Shown here piece by piece: positions 25,248 through 34,040 of a stretch of 64,000 bases of DNA (the stretch's first letter is position 1; every line of letters begins with the position of its first letter). The notes beneath the pieces are model-generated. The model made no database searches. It was not told the origin of the DNA and saw only the letters and a list, made by a program, of their open reading frames with translations. Source of the DNA: Methanobacteriota archaeon. Lineage in GTDB: Archaea > Thermoplasmatota > Thermoplasmata > UBA10834. The translations under genes were made by a program, and so were the position numbers. Location: the NCBI GenBank assembly GCA_020348345.1, contig CP070748.1, positions 1,503,682-1,567,681 of the forward strand. Direction: 5' to 3'.

Positions 25248-25353
25248 CTCATTCCCAGCAAAGGGCCCAACGGCTTGATCATCATCCGATGACGATCATC
25301 TCCATGCTATCGCCATCATTCCAAGTGAGCCAGCAGTACGCTGATACCTTTTA

Positions 25354-27237
25354 ATGCAATCAATGGCATTAATGATGGCAACATTGGCTGGGATTCCCGT
25401 GAAGGTGAGATGGGCAATTGGAGTAGCAATGGCGATGTCGCTCTTGGCACCGATGATTTACGTCTGTAACTCGTCAGCTGAATACGAGGTCGGTTGGGAC
25501 GAACCAGAGCTGGCGGAAGATTATGATGTGGCGAGCGTGTCTAACCCAGACAGCGCCACTGATGGCAATGGAGACTTCGTCGCTGTCTGGATTCAATATG
25601 AAAGCCCGGGGTCGAGCATATGTGCCGCGATGTATGAGAAAGGGCAAGGGTGGTCGGATGCGGAGCTCCTTGAGGATTCCGATGAAGAGCCCACTGCTCC
25701 CCAGGTCGCCATGAACGAAGCCGGGAATGCAATCGCCGCCTGGGCTCAGATTAATGGCTCTACGGACAAGAGGGATGTCTGGTCAAGCCGCTATGTGAAA
25801 GGCGAAGGTTGGCTTGGGCCGGAGCGCGTCGAGGTCAACAGCTCGGCAGAGGACAGGGTCGTTGCGGTTGCGATGGATAGCGTGGGCAACGCGCTCGTTG
25901 TATGGGTCCGATACGAGGCAGCAATTGACGTCATGGCCAGCAGATATGAGGTCGGATCCGGTTGGGGCGAGCCGATCGTCCTTGACAGCAGCGAGCAGGC
26001 CGATTCAAGCTTTCCGTCTGTTGCAGTCGACGGGAACGATGACTTCACTGTAGTATGGTGTCAATGGGAAATGGCACAGCCCGCGATATGGGCGAAGAGA
26101 TACGATGCCGCGACAGGCTGGGAAGATGCCGAGATGATCTCTGACACAGGCCTGCTCGCGCAGCCTCGGGTGATTGCCGGCGCCGGAGGGGACGCACTGT
26201 GTGCTTGGCATCATATGGATGGAACTGGATTCTACGAGGTATGGTGTTGCGTGTACGAAGCAGGCGTCGGTTGGTCCCCCCCGGCCGTAATGGGTTCGAA
26301 TCCAAACACGAACCACATGGATCCTCGCGTGGCCGTCGATGGCGATGGTAACGGAGCGGTCGTCTGGGGAAGATCCGGGGGCGCGGAGGATGGTATCTAC
26401 TCGCGGTTCTATGACGTCTCATCCGGTTGGGGTGAGAACGTTACAGTGAGCAGCGATTACTATGGAGACGTCTATCTCCCGGATATCGCGATGAACAGCG
26501 ATGGCGACGCTCTGTGCATCTATGCCAGGGACGGCGGAGATTCCGACGACTTGAGGGGGGTCGTTCGCAATCCCGAAGGAGGTTGGCTGCCTTCAGAGCA
26601 GCTGACCAAGGAGGCCCTCGGCAACATAGCAGGATCTCAGGTGGTGATCGGTAACGATGGCAACGGAATCGCCCTCTGGTGCCAGGACGACGGGAGCAAG
26701 ATCAGCCTTTGGTCCGCTCGTTACTTGGCGCCTGACGAGACACCTCCGAACGTCCTCATCGAAAGTCCGGAGGACGGAGCGACAATCAGCTTGATGACCG
26801 TCGCCGTGTCGGGGCAGACAGAGCCCGGTGTCTACCTCGTCGTCAACGGCATCGTAGTCGCGGTCGAGGAGGACGGGTCCTTCGAGTGCACCATATTGCT
26901 TGATGAGGGAGAAAACGTCATCACGGCCGTTGCCACGGATGAAGCGAGCAATTCCGCGAGCACCTCGGTGACAGTCACATACGAGGTTCCTGGGAATACT
27001 GTGCAGGAAGAGCTCGACGATGTGAAGGATCAGCTGGAGGAAGCAGGCGAGAGTCTCGATGACGCTGAAAGCAGGATAGATTCTCTTGCCACTCAGATTA
27101 TGGCGCTCATGGCTCTGACCGCCGTGTTCGTGATCGTGTCTATCGTGATGACCGCCCTGTACCTTCGTCTCAAGAATGCCATGGGCAGCTCAGGAAAAGA
27201 TCTGGAGGAACAAGAGGTACCGCCGCCCCCGGAGTGA
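25354..27237 (+). CDS. membrane-anchored surface protein: signal peptide, 8 tandem ~50-aa repeats, Ig-like domain, coiled coil, C-terminal TM anchor
   Basis: 627 aa. Hydrophobic N-terminus, repeats (see repeat feature), then TPPNVLIESPEDGATIS...VTVTY (Ig-like). TM helix IMALMALTAVFVIVSIVMTALYL. Any of ATG 25354, 25363, 25372 or 25375 is possible. Confidence 0.7.
   Translation: MQSMALMMATLAGIPVKVRWAIGVAMAMSLLAPMIYVCNSSAEYEVGWDEPELAEDYDVASVSNPDSATDGNGDFVAVWIQYESPGSSICAAMYEKGQGWSDAELLEDSDEEPTAPQVAMNEAGNAIAAWAQINGSTDKRDVWSSRYVKGEGWLGPERVEVNSSAEDRVVAVAMDSVGNALVVWVRYEAAIDVMASRYEVGSGWGEPIVLDSSEQADSSFPSVAVDGNDDFTVVWCQWEMAQPAIWAKRYDAATGWEDAEMISDTGLLAQPRVIAGAGGDALCAWHHMDGTGFYEVWCCVYEAGVGWSPPAVMGSNPNTNHMDPRVAVDGDGNGAVVWGRSGGAEDGIYSRFYDVSSGWGENVTVSSDYYGDVYLPDIAMNSDGDALCIYARDGGDSDDLRGVVRNPEGGWLPSEQLTKEALGNIAGSQVVIGNDGNGIALWCQDDGSKISLWSARYLAPDETPPNVLIESPEDGATISLMTVAVSGQTEPGVYLVVNGIVVAVEEDGSFECTILLDEGENVITAVATDEASNSASTSVTVTYEVPGNTVQEELDDVKDQLEEAGESLDDAESRIDSLATQIMALMALTAVFVIVSIVMTALYLRLKNAMGSSGKDLEEQEVPPPPE
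25480..26724 (+). repeat. eight tandem intragenic repeats (~50 aa each), probable beta-propeller blades
   Basis: Recurring pattern (Y)-x4-GW-x2-(P/A)-E-x-(L/V)...P-x-VA-(M/V)-(D/N)-x2-GN-A-x-(V/A)-(V/A)-W...(I/V)-(W/Y)-(A/S)-x-RY. Examples: EKGQGWSDAELL...NEAGNAIAAW...VWSSRY; EVGSGWGEPIVL...DGNDDFTVVW...IWAKRY. Confidence 0.7.
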
Positions 27238-27287
27238 TTCCGAGTCAGTCTTCGGAGCTCGCATAGTCAGCGATGCCAATCATTGTC

Positions 27288-27500
27288 CTATATCTTCTCG
27301 TCGCCGTTGACGAACTCCAGCATATCCGGATCTCTGCGGAAAACGTCACGCCACCACGCGGCGCGCTCCTTCGGATTCAGTTTGGAGGCCGCACGAGCGT
27401 AGTTCCTGTACCTCGCCTTCGTACCGTCCACCGCTCCAAATTCGTCAAGACGCGATATGCCTTCGAGCTTTCTCTTCGTCTTCTTCCTTGGTATGGCCAT
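27288..27500 (-). CDS. small basic hypothetical protein
   Basis: 70-aa ORF 13 nt downstream of rnhA on the same strand (MAIPRKKTKRKLEG...). No family recognised. Confidence 0.4.
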   Translation of the reverse strand: MAIPRKKTKRKLEGISRLDEFGAVDGTKARYRNYARAASKLNPKERAAWWRDVFRRDPDMLEFVNGDEKI

Positions 27501-27513
27501 GATCCCATCCTCA

Positions 27514-27987
27514 TCATACTTCCTCGTCGAGAACCTTGTTGACGATGCCGTCTACGAGAACGATTCTCGGGTTCTCCCTCGGAACATACACCAAACGAAA
27601 CGAGCGGAACTTGCCGACGGCGCTCTGGATGCGGTCCACATACTTCCTCAGATGCTCCTTCTTCACGTGGTAGACGCCATTGACCTGGTGCACGACAAGT
27701 TCGCTGTCCGAGTGGAATTTCACACACTCTCTCGTGTATGTGCCAGCCCTTTCCAGTGCCCACAAGAGCGCCTCATACTCCGCCTCGTTGTTAGTGTGCT
27801 CACCGATGAACCTCGCGTTGCGCTCCAGGCAATTCCCCGATGAATCGAAGACAGCATAACCGATAGCCGCAGGACCCGGATTGCCCCGGGACGCGCCGTC
27901 CGTATAGACGAGTATGGTCGGACTATCAGTCAAGGCAGTCAACACGTCCCATCTGCCTGTGATATGAGCTCCAGCAGTAAAAAACAT
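27514..27987 (-). CDS. rnhA: ribonuclease HI
   Basis: YTDGASRGNPGPAAIGY, NNEAEYEALLWALE, HSDSELVV. This is the DEDD catalytic core of type-1 RNase H. Confidence 0.85.
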   Translation of the reverse strand: MFFTAGAHITGRWDVLTALTDSPTILVYTDGASRGNPGPAAIGYAVFDSSGNCLERNARFIGEHTNNEAEYEALLWALERAGTYTRECVKFHSDSELVVHQVNGVYHVKKEHLRKYVDRIQSAVGKFRSFRLVYVPRENPRIVLVDGIVNKVLDEEV

Positions 27988-28071
27988 GGCGATAAGCGCC
28001 TGGTTCGCGGCGCGCTTCCATAAGTTGAAATAGATAGTTCAGTGTTTTTCCGTCAGAGGGGGAGCAGCTAA

Positions 28072-30702
28072 GTGGGCAGGGCCACCACGCCAATGATGGA
28101 CCAGTATTTCAGGATCAAGGAACAGCACAGCGATTGCCTTCTGCTGTTCCGCCTAGGCGATTTCTATGAGATGTTCGGGGACGATGCGGTGATAGGCTCG
28201 AAGGAGCTAGAGATCACCCTCACCTCAAGAGACAAGGGAAAGAAGGAGAAGATACCGCTCTGTGGTGTGCCGTGGCACGCCCTCGACTCATATCTTCCCA
28301 AGCTGCTGAGCAAGGGGTACAAGGTCGCTATCTGCGAGCAGCTCGAGGACCCTAAGAAGTCGAAGGGGCTGGTCGACAGGGGAGTGGTCAGAATAGTCAC
28401 ACCTGGAACGGTGTTGGAGGGTTCGGCCCTCGACAGTCGCATGAACAACTACCTGATGGCGCTCGTCGACAGGGACGGAGTCTTCGGCATGGCGTTCGTC
28501 GACGTGTCGACAGGGGAATTCGTCACAACCGAGGCCGACGGCGAGGATGCCGAGGGGAAGGTGCTGACGGAGTTGGCCCAGCGGCGACCAAGAGAAATCA
28601 TCGTTCCCAAGAGTCTTAAGCTTGGCGCACTGAAGAACGAGCTCAACAACTCAGACACGCGCGTGACCGAGATAGAAGATTACTGCTTCATGTCTGAGAG
28701 TGCTGAGCCTTTGATCAGGAGGCACTTCAAACTCCAGTCGATCGATGGGCTTGGACTGTCGGGGAAGGCGGGAGCCATCTCAAGTGCAGGTGCTGTGCTG
28801 AGATACCTCGAGTCGACTCAGATGCGCGATCTCGAGTTCCTGACTCGGCCCAAGTTCTACTCGCTTTCGGACAAGCTCGTGCTCGACCAAACAACGCTGC
28901 GCAACCTTGAGGTCGTGCGGAACGTTAGGGACTCATCGGAAGATGATACGCTCGTTTCCGTACTGGACCATACGCTCACACCCATGGGCAGTCGGAAGCT
29001 TAGAAAATGGTTGATCGAGCCTTCAATGCACATTGAGACGATAAGCGACAGGCTCGACGCTGTACAGGAGATGGTTTCGCACACGCACTTGAGGATGGAC
29101 GTGGGCGCATCGCTCAGGAGCGTCAGGGATCTGGAACGGCTTATGGTTCGGGTGGCCCATGGAAGCGCGAACGCCAGGGACCTTCAGGGCGTGAAGGTCT
29201 GTCTCGAGGCCGTGCAGCCGCTCAGGCAATCGCTGTCAAAGGTCAAGGTGCGAAAGCTGAAGGAGATCTCTTCGGGGCTCACCGATGTCGCGGATGTGTT
29301 GCAACTATTGGGTCGGTCGATCTCCGATGACCCGCCTGTTTCCCTCAAAGATGGAGGCATTATCAGGGATGGCTTCGACGCAGACCTTGACGAGATCCGC
29401 AAGACGTCGCGAGAGGGGAAGAAATGGATTGCGAATCTAGAGCGAACCGAGCGCGAGCGAACCGGCATCAAGAATCTCAGGCTCGGCTTCAATAACGTCT
29501 TCGGATACTACATCGAGGTCTCGAAATCCAATCTGAAGAAAGTGCCCTCTGACTACATACGCAAGCAGACCCTTAGCACTGGGGAGAGATATGTCACGCC
29601 AGAACTCAAGCAGAAGGAGGAATCGATTCTAGCCGCGCAGGAGCGCATGCACACGCTCGAATACGACGTATTTGCGCGCGTGAGAGAGGAGGTCTCGAAA
29701 CACGGCGAGGAGATACGAGGCATCGCAGCGGCCATCTCTGACTTGGATGCTCTTCGGTCATTTGCTGAAGCAGCAGTCTCATACGGATACGCGAGGCCGA
29801 TCGTTGATGATGGCGACAGTATAGTATTGAAGGATGCCAGACACCCCATCGTGGAACGCGTGCTCGGAGGCTCGTTCATCCCTAACGATGTAGAACTGAA
29901 TACGAGCAAAGACAGGCTCGTGATACTCACCGGTCCCAACATGGCCGGGAAGTCCACGTATCTCAGACAGGTCGCCCACATCGTCGTCATGGCTCAGGCG
30001 GGATCGTTCGTGCCCGCCGCAGAGGCCAGGCTGGGGCTTGTGGACCGGATATTCACTCGTGTCGGTGCGTTCGACGACCTTTCCCGTGGGCAGTCGACCT
30101 TCATGGTCGAGATGACGGAGCTCGCGAACATTCTTAATTGTGCGACGAAGCATAGCCTCATACTGCTGGACGAGGTTGGACGAGGTACGAGCACATTCGA
30201 TGGCCTTGCCATCGCATGGGCAGTCGCAGAGCATCTTTACGACGAGGAGAAGGTCGGCGCGAAGGCGCTGTTCGCCACTCACTATCATCAGCTGACAGAG
30301 CTAGCCGAGTCTCTCAGCGGGGTGAAGAACTACTCCATCGCCGTGAAGGAGCAGGGCTCCGAGGTCGTCTTCCTCCGTAAGGTCGTCCCCGGAAGGGCGA
30401 ACAAGAGCTACGGCATCCAGGTAGCCCGGCTGGCGGGAGTCCCTTCGGAAGTCGTTTCGCGAGCCGGTGAGGTGCTGAGCGACATCGAGGATAGGAATGT
30501 CATCGAAGTGAAGGGCGGAAGGAAGACGCATTCCCAGGTCAGGTTTTCTCTCGGCCCGGGCGATATCGATAGAACCGTCATTGCAGAGCTGAAGAAGCTC
30601 GATCTTGCCGGAATGACTCCGATGGAAGCGTATGTCAAGCTCGGCGAACTGAAGCGAAGAAGCGGTGAATCCAGTGGGAATGATCAGGATTCTCGACAAT
30701 AA
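28072..30702 (+). CDS. mutS: DNA mismatch repair protein MutS (bacterial MutS1 type)
   Basis: 876 aa. Mismatch-binding GDFYE, Walker A GPNMAGKST, DEVGRGTSTFDG. GTG 28072 has GAGGGGGA 9 nt upstream; ATG 28093 is the alternative. Confidence 0.95.
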   Translation: MGRATTPMMDQYFRIKEQHSDCLLLFRLGDFYEMFGDDAVIGSKELEITLTSRDKGKKEKIPLCGVPWHALDSYLPKLLSKGYKVAICEQLEDPKKSKGLVDRGVVRIVTPGTVLEGSALDSRMNNYLMALVDRDGVFGMAFVDVSTGEFVTTEADGEDAEGKVLTELAQRRPREIIVPKSLKLGALKNELNNSDTRVTEIEDYCFMSESAEPLIRRHFKLQSIDGLGLSGKAGAISSAGAVLRYLESTQMRDLEFLTRPKFYSLSDKLVLDQTTLRNLEVVRNVRDSSEDDTLVSVLDHTLTPMGSRKLRKWLIEPSMHIETISDRLDAVQEMVSHTHLRMDVGASLRSVRDLERLMVRVAHGSANARDLQGVKVCLEAVQPLRQSLSKVKVRKLKEISSGLTDVADVLQLLGRSISDDPPVSLKDGGIIRDGFDADLDEIRKTSREGKKWIANLERTERERTGIKNLRLGFNNVFGYYIEVSKSNLKKVPSDYIRKQTLSTGERYVTPELKQKEESILAAQERMHTLEYDVFARVREEVSKHGEEIRGIAAAISDLDALRSFAEAAVSYGYARPIVDDGDSIVLKDARHPIVERVLGGSFIPNDVELNTSKDRLVILTGPNMAGKSTYLRQVAHIVVMAQAGSFVPAAEARLGLVDRIFTRVGAFDDLSRGQSTFMVEMTELANILNCATKHSLILLDEVGRGTSTFDGLAIAWAVAEHLYDEEKVGAKALFATHYHQLTELAESLSGVKNYSIAVKEQGSEVVFLRKVVPGRANKSYGIQVARLAGVPSEVVSRAGEVLSDIEDRNVIEVKGGRKTHSQVRFSLGPGDIDRTVIAELKKLDLAGMTPMEAYVKLGELKRRSGESSGNDQDSRQ

Positions 30703-32371
30703 CACGATCGACAAGATCGCGGCAGGCGAGGTGGTGGAGAGGCCATCATCAGTTGTAAAGGAGCTGATCGAGAACGCACTCGACGCGGGAGCAACAGAGA
30801 TAATCGTCACGGTGTCCGAAGGTGGCCGGCGCAGAATATCAGTCAAGGACAATGGCATCGGCATGTCTCCCGAGGATGCCGAGATGGCGTTCGCGCGTCA
30901 CGCGACCAGCAAGATAGGCACGATCGACGATCTTCGGAGTCTTGACACCTACGGCTTCAGGGGGGAAGCTCTCTCTTCCATCGCCGCTGTCGCGCGCGTG
31001 ACGGTCAGAACCAGAGAACACGGTCGGACCGAGGGTGCTGAGATCATCGTGGAAGGTGGTGACTTAGTGTCGTCCACACCTGTCGGTTGCCCAGAGGGGA
31101 CCGAGATCGTCGTCGAGGACATCTTCGGCAACCTGCCAGCGAGGAAGAAGCAGATGAAGTACGCCGCCGTCGAGTTGGCCCACTGCAGAGAAGTGGTGAC
31201 GGATTTCATGCTGTCCAGGCCAGCGGTTTCCTTCAGGCTCCTGAGCGACGACAAGCCGGAATTCGTGCACGCAGCGGTGGAAGGTATGAATGGTGCGCTG
31301 GCGCTTGCCTTCGGGCGCGTTGTCGCCTCAGACATGCTGGAAGGACACGCGGAGATTCGAGGTATCCACATCGATGTGAATTTGGCGCGGCTGGAACACA
31401 CCCGCTCGTCGCCTTCAGACCTGAGGTTATTCGTCAATCACAGGCCCGTCAAGAGCCGCAGGCTTCTGTCAACCGTTGCAGGCGTGTTCGGCTCTCGCAT
31501 GATGAAGGGCAGGTATCCCGTCGGAGTGGTCAAGATCCAAATCGACAGTTCCGCGGTTGATGTGAACGTCCACCCGACCAAGAGAGAGGTGCGCTTTGAC
31601 GACGACAAGCTCGTCAACAACATCGTAGAGAAGAGCATGATGAACGCGTTGGAGGGCTCGGACCTGTCGTTCAGGTACGACCTCACAGGCTTCTCAGAAG
31701 GGTTCGAAACGCGTCCGCCTTCTGCCGAGTCGGCGCCCTCATCGTCAATGCAATCGATTCTCGAAAAGCCGGAAGGCGACAGCATCACATCGATGGTCGA
31801 GGACCAGATCAACCCGCTGGCGCAGATCATGGACACCTACATATTGGCCGAATCCCACGGCAGCCTCGTCCTGATCGACCAGCACGCCGCCTCAGAGAGA
31901 ATCACCTACGAGCGCCTTCTGACGGCAATAGAGAGTAGCACCGAGGTGTCGCAGGAGCTTCTCGCCCCCCTCGTTCTAAGTCTGTCCCCGAAGGAGGCGA
32001 GAATGGTGGAGGAGCATCGAGAGAGGTTGTTGGAATCCGGTTTCGATTTGGAGCCTTTCGGTGGAGAGTCGTATGCGTTGCGTGCTGTTCCTACGGTGCT
32101 CGGTGCGGCGCAGGGCGAGAAAGCATTGAGAGATATCCTGTCAGATATGGCCGACATGGCGGTCTCGAAGAGGATGGGATTGGAGTTCATCTGGCGTGTT
32201 GCCTGCCATAGTTCGATAAGGGCAGGGCAGAGGCTGTCCCGTCAACAGATGTCGCAGCTTGTGTCCGAGCTGATGGCTACGGAGAATCCGTTCACATGCG
32301 AACACGGGAGACCAACGATGATAACGCTGACGTCTGAGGATCTGGAGAAGCTCTTCAAGAGGCGCGGGTGA
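30680..32371 (+). CDS. mutL: DNA mismatch repair protein MutL (endonuclease-proficient type)
   Basis: GHKL ATPase N-terminus IAAGEVVERPSSVVKELIENALDAGA. C-terminal DQHAASERITYE (DQHAx2Ex4E) and CEHGRP motifs. Overlaps the mutS 3' end. Confidence 0.95.
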   Translation: MIRILDNNTIDKIAAGEVVERPSSVVKELIENALDAGATEIIVTVSEGGRRRISVKDNGIGMSPEDAEMAFARHATSKIGTIDDLRSLDTYGFRGEALSSIAAVARVTVRTREHGRTEGAEIIVEGGDLVSSTPVGCPEGTEIVVEDIFGNLPARKKQMKYAAVELAHCREVVTDFMLSRPAVSFRLLSDDKPEFVHAAVEGMNGALALAFGRVVASDMLEGHAEIRGIHIDVNLARLEHTRSSPSDLRLFVNHRPVKSRRLLSTVAGVFGSRMMKGRYPVGVVKIQIDSSAVDVNVHPTKREVRFDDDKLVNNIVEKSMMNALEGSDLSFRYDLTGFSEGFETRPPSAESAPSSSMQSILEKPEGDSITSMVEDQINPLAQIMDTYILAESHGSLVLIDQHAASERITYERLLTAIESSTEVSQELLAPLVLSLSPKEARMVEEHRERLLESGFDLEPFGGESYALRAVPTVLGAAQGEKALRDILSDMADMAVSKRMGLEFIWRVACHSSIRAGQRLSRQQMSQLVSELMATENPFTCEHGRPTMITLTSEDLEKLFKRRG

Positions 32372-32377
32372 ACCGCT

Positions 32378-33835
32378 TCAGGCGTGCTCGAATATCTGTG
32401 ACCCATCAGGCATTAGGATCCCGTATTTCTTCGCCACCTCGCCGACTCTGGAGGCGATGGCGGCGTCGAACAGCGGGGGTTTGTGCGTTGAAAGCAGCTT
32501 CTCGACTCGCGTCTTTGCGAATGTGAGCAGCTCGTCCTCAATCCTATCCGGCTCCCGTTTCAGATGATAGGCCGTTATCTGGGGGATCATGAACTCCGTG
32601 CGCAGATGCTTCGCAGTGTGTACATCAGACAGGAAGGTTCCTCCCGGCCCTTGTCTGGCTATCGCGTCCACGCCGAGCGTGGCGTCATCAACCTGGATAC
32701 CCTCTCGAAGGCGCTGAAGCCACTTCCAAACCTCGCAGTCCATCACCATCTTCTCGCTCGAGATCATACCCGCTCTGTCGATGCCTCCCAGGCCGACCAT
32801 CATGTCGGCGCCCATCAGAAGCGCCCCCATGGCAGTCATCGCACCTTCTGCTGCTGCCTCAGACGATAGCGATCGCGCGGAATTCCCTGGCCCGCCCGCA
32901 CAGGTCGGTACTCCATAATGCTGCGCCATCTGTACAGCTGCAGAGTCAAGAAGAACACCCTCCGGCGTTCCGCACACGAACACGCCTGATCTGAGGTCCA
33001 TGACGCCTGAGAACGACGAATAGATGCTGGGAGCACCCTCGGAGGCGGTCTGCGACATGGTCATTCCGAACAGGTTCTCGGCGTTGACTACCGCGAGCGA
33101 GCCCGCGATTGACGCAGGCGTCACCGCTCCTGCTATGGCCATGGAAAGGTGGATCACGGGGACGCCAGCCTTTGCGAGGATGCCTATCGCATCGGCCTCG
33201 CCTGCGTCGTATCTCAGCGGCGATATCGGAGTACTGACATCGGAGAATATCGGCCGTTCCTTGAGAGCCTCCTTCGAGCCCAGTATTGCGGAGCATACCT
33301 CTATCTGGAACATGGCCTCCTCCGCGGAGGTCGCCCCGTGCTGGATGTGCTTTGATGAATATGCTATTGCAGTTAGGAATTCGTAGTATGAAGACCTATC
33401 CGCCGGCATATCGGTAGCTATGACAGTTGGCCAGATGAAACCCACCTCTGGAAGGGCGTCGGCCAGTATCATCATGTCTCTGAGATCCTTGAGCGTCGAA
33501 GTTCTCTTTTGACCTGTCTCCGCATCAAGCACAGCCGGCGGCTGGCCGTCCGGGGATATGAGCTGGACACCCTCGCTTGGTATGATGTAATCCCTGCCGC
33601 TCCTTGAGCATATGCTCACCTTCTCAGGAGCGCTCTCAATGGAGCGATCCACCATAGCCTCGTCGAGGAACACCAGCTCCTTGGAATCGGCCACACGCGC
33701 CCCCGCAGCTTTCAGAGCTTCTCTGACGCCGTCGCTTTCGACCTTGACTCCGACATCCGCGAGTATTGTCAGAGATGCTTCGTGCACTTTCTCTATGTCT
33801 TTCTTGGACAGGAGGCTCATAGCGGCAATCGTCAT
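32378..33835 (-). CDS. MttB-superfamily methyltransferase, uninterrupted (non-pyrrolysine) type, copy 1
   Basis: 485 aa with no in-frame TAG. Alignable end to end with the copy at 54581 (SPLRYDAGE, HLSMAIAG, VNAENL, DCEVW, GPGGTF). Confidence 0.8.
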   Translation of the reverse strand: MTIAAMSLLSKKDIEKVHEASLTILADVGVKVESDGVREALKAAGARVADSKELVFLDEAMVDRSIESAPEKVSICSRSGRDYIIPSEGVQLISPDGQPPAVLDAETGQKRTSTLKDLRDMMILADALPEVGFIWPTVIATDMPADRSSYYEFLTAIAYSSKHIQHGATSAEEAMFQIEVCSAILGSKEALKERPIFSDVSTPISPLRYDAGEADAIGILAKAGVPVIHLSMAIAGAVTPASIAGSLAVVNAENLFGMTMSQTASEGAPSIYSSFSGVMDLRSGVFVCGTPEGVLLDSAAVQMAQHYGVPTCAGGPGNSARSLSSEAAAEGAMTAMGALLMGADMMVGLGGIDRAGMISSEKMVMDCEVWKWLQRLREGIQVDDATLGVDAIARQGPGGTFLSDVHTAKHLRTEFMIPQITAYHLKREPDRIEDELLTFAKTRVEKLLSTHKPPLFDAAIASRVGEVAKKYGILMPDGSQIFEHA

Positions 33836-33980
33836 TGTTCCTCACCCGGTTTTCCTGACTAGCTGTGCACGCGATAGAAGCACGCCGTCGGTTCTTACTC
33901 GAAACCGAAATGGCGGTGAGGTAGATAAGCCTCCTTGGCCTCCGACGCCGCCTGATATATATCCCTTCCGACGCTGCCGA

Positions 33981-34000
33981 GCTTGACTATGCTTGACTAT
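33981..34000. repeat. perfect tandem direct repeat GCTTGACTAT x2 in a divergent intergenic region
   Basis: GCTTGACTATGCTTGACTAT, followed by TATTCTAT. It lies ~25 nt downstream of an ATATATAT tract (about 33954-33961). Confidence 0.6.
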
Positions 34001-34040
34001 TATTCTATGGCTGCACGAGTCGTTCTATCTTGAAGTCTGC

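Noticed and set aside
32378-33835. Possible pyrrolysine (in-frame TAG) recoding in the MttB homologues
   Set aside because: Both MttB-family ORFs are uninterrupted at full length. TAG is used as a normal stop elsewhere in the window, and no pyl genes are seen.
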